From sequence record OQ198719.1: a DNA stretch of 40,000 bases. One strand, written 5' to 3'. The notes under the pieces are model-generated. The model did not search any database. It had not been told where the DNA came from and worked only from the letters and a program-made list of their open reading frames with translations. Numbering within the stretch: the stretch's first letter is position 1; every line of letters starts with the position of its first letter. This DNA comes from Caudoviricetes sp. 'Rudgehvirus jaberico'. Shown here piece after piece: positions 35,869 to 40,000 of this stretch. Both the position numbers and the translations under genes were made by a program.

Positions 35869-38800
35869 ATGGCAATTCCTTTTAAAACAGATACTAATAA
35901 AGCTCCAACTTCGGTTGGGGCTTCTGGCGTTAATGATATTGTTACTCCTTCTAATGTACAGAAATATAAAACTGATGTTACAGCACAATCAGATTTTATT
36001 ATGAAAAATACTATTAGTGGTGCTCCTGTATTTACTGGAAGTGAAGACGAATATAACTCATTATCTGCTTATGGTGCTCAACCTAATCTATATCAAGAAC
36101 AAACTGATTTAGAAAGAATAAGAGCTAAGAATCAATCTGCTTGGGAACAAGCATTTAATTCATTAGGACAAGCTGTTGGTGGAGTTATAGGTGATACTGT
36201 TGGTGGTTTCGGTATGTTAGCTGATATAATTACCGGAGCTGCTATGGATGAAGATTTATATAGTAATTTTATTACTCGTGCTGGTGATTCTATATCAGAA
36301 GCTGCTCGTCAACAGTTTCCTATATATCGTGAGAATCCTGAGCAAGCATTTGATTTTAATGATTTTAGTGGCTGGTTCTTTAGTCAATTACCAAGTGTTG
36401 CAAGTTCATTATCTTTAATGATTCCTGCAAGTGCAGCAACTAAAGGATTATCTATGTTAGGTCGTGGTGCTCTTAAAGGATTAAGAACAAGTTCTAAAGT
36501 TAATCGTGCTATTAATAAAGCTGAGAAACTTTTATCTTTAGATAATATTTATAATGCTCAAAGAGCAAAGACTATTGCTCAAACAGGTATCAGTTCTATC
36601 GGTATGCGACTTGGAGAAAATTATCAAGAAGCTCGTGGAGTTGCAGAACAAATAAATGAAGAAGCTATTAAAGTATTCGGAGATATGGATGCTACTCAAT
36701 TTAATAAATGGCTTCAAGAAAATCCTGATATTGCTTCTGAATCTGATGGAACTAAAGAAAGTGCTGCAAGAGTAATTGCTGAAAAAGCATCTGATAGAGA
36801 TTTTGCATATAATGCAGGTAATGTTATATTTGATTATATGCAACTTCGTGCTCTTAATAACTTTGCAAAAGGAGTTATAAGTAGAACTGCAACACCGAGT
36901 GTTACTTATGCTCAGAGAGAAGCTCTAAATAGATTGTCAGCTTCTGGTCTCTCCTCTACGGGGGAGGTTACAACATCTGCTCTTAAAAAGGCTGCTACCG
37001 ATTTAGGACGTAATATTGTTCGTGGAGTAAATGCAAGTAGAGAACTTGTTGTATCTGAATTATCAGAAGGTATTGAAGAAGCAATTAACTTTGTAGGACA
37101 AGAAGAAGGTACTGCTTATGGTCGTTATTTATTAGATAAAGTAAATTCAGATTATAGCGGCAAAGCAATAGATATTAATCGTATTGAGAATTATCTTCGT
37201 GATCCTCAACTATATAATTCTGCATTATGGGGAGTTATTGGTGGTGTTATATTTGGTGGAACAATGAACACTATCAATAATGCTATTACTAAACGTAAAG
37301 GTGGAATAACTGAAGATCAAATGCGTATTGCTGAGATTAATGGTCGTGAACAAACATTTGCTCAATATCAAAATCAACTTCAAACTATTCGTAATGGATT
37401 TAATCCTTATGAACAAAATGAAGACGGTACTAATCCTCAAGTATCTGAAACAGATCAAGTTGAATTAGTAAAAGAAGCGCAAACAAGATTTGCTACTACT
37501 TTAGCTCTTAATGCTATTAATGCTGGTAATTTTGAACTTCTTCAAGATTATATTAATGATCCTAAACTTCGTAAGAAACTTATAGATAGTGGTATCGCAG
37601 AAGCTGAAACTTATGATGCAGATACTCAATTTATAAATCAAGCTCTTACTAATACAGCTAAAGCATATCAGAAATACGCTAATGTTCTTCAAGATGCAAA
37701 TGTAAATGATGCTTATCTTGATATTGCGATTAGAGAAAATATCTTTAATGAGCAAGAAGCTTCTCTTCTTCAACAAAGAATAGATAGATTAAATAATCGT
37801 AATCAAGAGCTAAAGAATACTATTTCTGAATTACAGAATCTTGATCCTATTCAAGAAGCTGGTCTCAGAACTAATATATTAAGTACTGCAAAAAATGAAA
37901 TACTTAATGAATTAACTAAGTTAGAACCAGGTGCTACTATTAGAGATAGAATAACGATAGATCAATTGCATGAAAGAGTAAAAGCAATAGATAAACTTCT
38001 TGAGACTGATAATAATATATTATCTCCTAATCTTAATGTATCTGAAATATTTGCAGATGAAGCAAGAAGAAATAATCTTAATGAAGAAGAATCTAAGATT
38101 TTAAAAGAATATCTTAAAAATACAAGTAATACCAATGTTAACCGTATATATAATATTAGTCCACAATATGTGGAAAATATACAGCAAATTCTTGTAGACC
38201 AAATACGCCAAACTGCATATAATGATAGAATAGTAACAAGTAATCAAGATGTAACAAAATTAGCCGATAATATTAAAAATAGTATTGAAGATGCTGCTAA
38301 TCAAATGAAAGCTAATGCTGAGCAAACTTTAGTTAATGCTATTGATAATGCTACAGAAGCTGATTATGATGAAATATCTCGTGCTATTAGAAATCAATTA
38401 ACTGATGAAGATAAACAAAATCCTGCTCTTGTTAAGATTCAAGAAGCAGCAACTCTTATTAGAAATAGTTCTAATGATACGGATGCTGTTAATGAAATAC
38501 TTAATAGAGAATTAGAACGTGCAGAAACAAGAACTGTTGCAATTATCCCGGTAGAGGATACTTCAGTACCTGTTATTCAACCTACAACTTCTCCTGTTAC
38601 TGCTGTTCCTGTTACTACTCCTAAAGCTTTATCTAATGAAGTTGTAGTAGATAAAACTGCTGTTGAACAAATTAATAATATAGTCGATAAATTAGTAGGA
38701 GAAAATGCTCCTGATGTTATTACAGAAGCTAATATTAATAATTATAATATTAAAATAAATAAAGCATTTAATTCTATTGATTTAATGACTGGTTCTCCAG

Positions 38801-40000
38801 TTAAGATTAAAAACATTAGAATAACAGTAAGTAGATTCGGCAATGTAGCTATTGATGGATTTATAGGAAAACTATCTAATAAACCAGACGCTGATGTTAC
38901 ATTAGAAGAAATTAATACTGCAATAGCTAACGGAGATATAACAGCTACTTTAAAAGAAGAAGTTCGTGAATCTGCAATAGCTGAAGGTGAAACTGATCCT
39001 ACTCAAACTATTCTTGATGGAATAAGTAGATTACAAGAAAGACAAGAAGAAATAAAACTTATATTTAGTCTTTATTCTAAAGCTGTTGCTAATGAATCAG
39101 TAGATAATAAACCTATTATAAGTTTAGAAGGATTAATGAGATTTATTCAAGATAATAACCCTAAAGCTATTAACTTGCTTAATGATATTAAGAATGTAGC
39201 ATTAATGCTTAATCAACAAGGAACTATTATTCTTAATGATTCTCAGGAAGTTATTAATTCTTCTAATCAAGATTTAACTCGTAGGATAATTGAAACTACT
39301 GAAACTCAAGTTAAAAGAACTATTAAAGAAACTACTCAAACAAGTAATTTTGGAGTTCTTCTTGATGCTCCTACTTTTGATAATATGGATGTAAATAATA
39401 GTAAGTTATACACTACTATTATGAATCTAAAGAAAGGAGATAAAGTAACACTTAAAGTTAATGAAGATGGAGAATTTGAAGTTCGTTCAGGAAAAGTAAG
39501 AATTGGTAGTATTCCAGTTCCTAATTCTGATGTTAATGGAAATCCTCAAGTAATTAATGAGTTTTGGAAATATACTTCTATGAGAGATAATAATAGATAT
39601 AATATTCCTTTTGTAGAAGAGTTAAAAAATATTGTTAGTAGTCAAAAAGATGCAGATAAGAACTTTGTTGCTAATATTTATAAGATAAAAGCTGTTTTAA
39701 ATAGTATTCGTACTAATCCTAATAATAGAAGTTTATTGACTGATGTTATTAATGAATTAGAAGCAAATGATACTTATAAAAGATTAGTAAGCATCTATAG
39801 TTCTCCTATTGATTCTTTTGAAGATAAAGTAACTCGTGCTAATCATATATCTAAAATATTGATGTATGATAGGAATCTTAATCCTAATTCTACTAATTAT
39901 GCAACTCTTGTAGGAGAAAGTCTTAATCAGTGGGAACAGAAAATAGGTTATAATTATAATACTATTAGTGGATTATATAATAAAATATCACAGACTAAAT
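35869..40000 (+). CDS. Very large internal virion protein (cargo-like), 3'-truncated by window end
   Basis: ATG at 35869 ('MAIPFKTDTNKAPTSVGASGVNDIVTPSNVQKYK...'). The ORF track lists no forward ORF here, consistent with one open ORF of at least 1377 codons running off the window. Spot translations at 36930-37040 and 38545 are in frame. Confidence 0.75.
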   Translation, partial: MAIPFKTDTNKAPTSVGASGVNDIVTPSNVQKYKTDVTAQSDFIMKNTISGAPVFTGSEDEYNSLSAYGAQPNLYQEQTDLERIRAKNQSAWEQAFNSLGQAVGGVIGDTVGGFGMLADIITGAAMDEDLYSNFITRAGDSISEAARQQFPIYRENPEQAFDFNDFSGWFFSQLPSVASSLSLMIPASAATKGLSMLGRGALKGLRTSSKVNRAINKAEKLLSLDNIYNAQRAKTIAQTGISSIGMRLGENYQEARGVAEQINEEAIKVFGDMDATQFNKWLQENPDIASESDGTKESAARVIAEKASDRDFAYNAGNVIFDYMQLRALNNFAKGVISRTATPSVTYAQREALNRLSASGLSSTGEVTTSALKKAATDLGRNIVRGVNASRELVVSELSEGIEEAINFVGQEEGTAYGRYLLDKVNSDYSGKAIDINRIENYLRDPQLYNSALWGVIGGVIFGGTMNTINNAITKRKGGITEDQMRIAEINGREQTFAQYQNQLQTIRNGFNPYEQNEDGTNPQVSETDQVELVKEAQTRFATTLALNAINAGNFELLQDYINDPKLRKKLIDSGIAEAETYDADTQFINQALTNTAKAYQKYANVLQDANVNDAYLDIAIRENIFNEQEASLLQQRIDRLNNRNQELKNTISELQNLDPIQEAGLRTNILSTAKNEILNELTKLEPGATIRDRITIDQLHERVKAIDKLLETDNNILSPNLNVSEIFADEARRNNLNEEESKILKEYLKNTSNTNVNRIYNISPQYVENIQQILVDQIRQTAYNDRIVTSNQDVTKLADNIKNSIEDAANQMKANAEQTLVNAIDNATEADYDEISRAIRNQLTDEDKQNPALVKIQEAATLIRNSSNDTDAVNEILNRELERAETRTVAIIPVEDTSVPVIQPTTSPVTAVPVTTPKALSNEVVVDKTAVEQINNIVDKLVGENAPDVITEANINNYNIKINKAFNSIDLMTGSPVKIKNIRITVSRFGNVAIDGFIGKLSNKPDADVTLEEINTAIANGDITATLKEEVRESAIAEGETDPTQTILDGISRLQERQEEIKLIFSLYSKAVANESVDNKPIISLEGLMRFIQDNNPKAINLLNDIKNVALMLNQQGTIILNDSQEVINSSNQDLTRRIIETTETQVKRTIKETTQTSNFGVLLDAPTFDNMDVNNSKLYTTIMNLKKGDKVTLKVNEDGEFEVRSGKVRIGSIPVPNSDVNGNPQVINEFWKYTSMRDNNRYNIPFVEELKNIVSSQKDADKNFVANIYKIKAVLNSIRTNPNNRSLLTDVINELEANDTYKRLVSIYSSPIDSFEDKVTRANHISKILMYDRNLNPNSTNYATLVGESLNQWEQKIGYNYNTISGLYNKISQTK
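36951..36966 (+). repeat. GGGG hairpin motif copy
   Basis: CTCCTC-TACG-GGGGAG, a 6-bp stem. Reads TCC TCT ACG GGG GAG (SSTGE). Confidence 0.65.
38545..38559 (-). repeat. GGGG hairpin motif copy lacking one G
   Basis: Reverse complement ATCCTCTACCGGGAT. + strand reads ATC CCG GTA GAG GAT (IPVED). Confidence 0.55.

Noticed and set aside
1-40000. CRISPR arrays, toxin-antitoxin pairs, anti-defence islands, integrase or transposase
   Set aside because: Read through for these and none was recognised. Nearly all sequence is accounted for by structural genes.

Overview
The window looks like the virion-structure half of a crAss-like (Crassvirales) phage genome. This is inferred by eye from protein sequence and gene order; no search was run. 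All main genes are on the + strand in the order TerL, portal, acidic scaffold-like protein, major capsid protein, connector/ring-type proteins, a membrane protein plus two small ORFs, three very large beta-helix fibre proteins, a holin-like protein, ring/tail proteins, a 1438-aa muzzle/stabilisation-like protein, and three large internal ('cargo'-like) proteins. The last of these runs off the window and is missing from the supplied ORF track. No tRNA, CRISPR array, transposase, integrase or reverse transcriptase was recognised. The most unusual signal is a dispersed GC-rich hairpin motif, consensus TCCTYTACNGGGGA. It has about 9-10 copies in both orientations, two intergenic and the rest inside ORFs, often in short patches of atypical codon usage. 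The second is a pair of paralogous structured intergenic units (about 4750-5154 and 23742-24132). They share an ungapped 98-nt block (67/98 identical by hand count) around an invariant CTGATTAATCCTA, and each is followed by a TATATTTG promoter-like box. Other observations are a 19-bp hairpin at 10693-10736, repeated beta-helix cap modules in the fibres, and no TAG stops among 18 complete genes.
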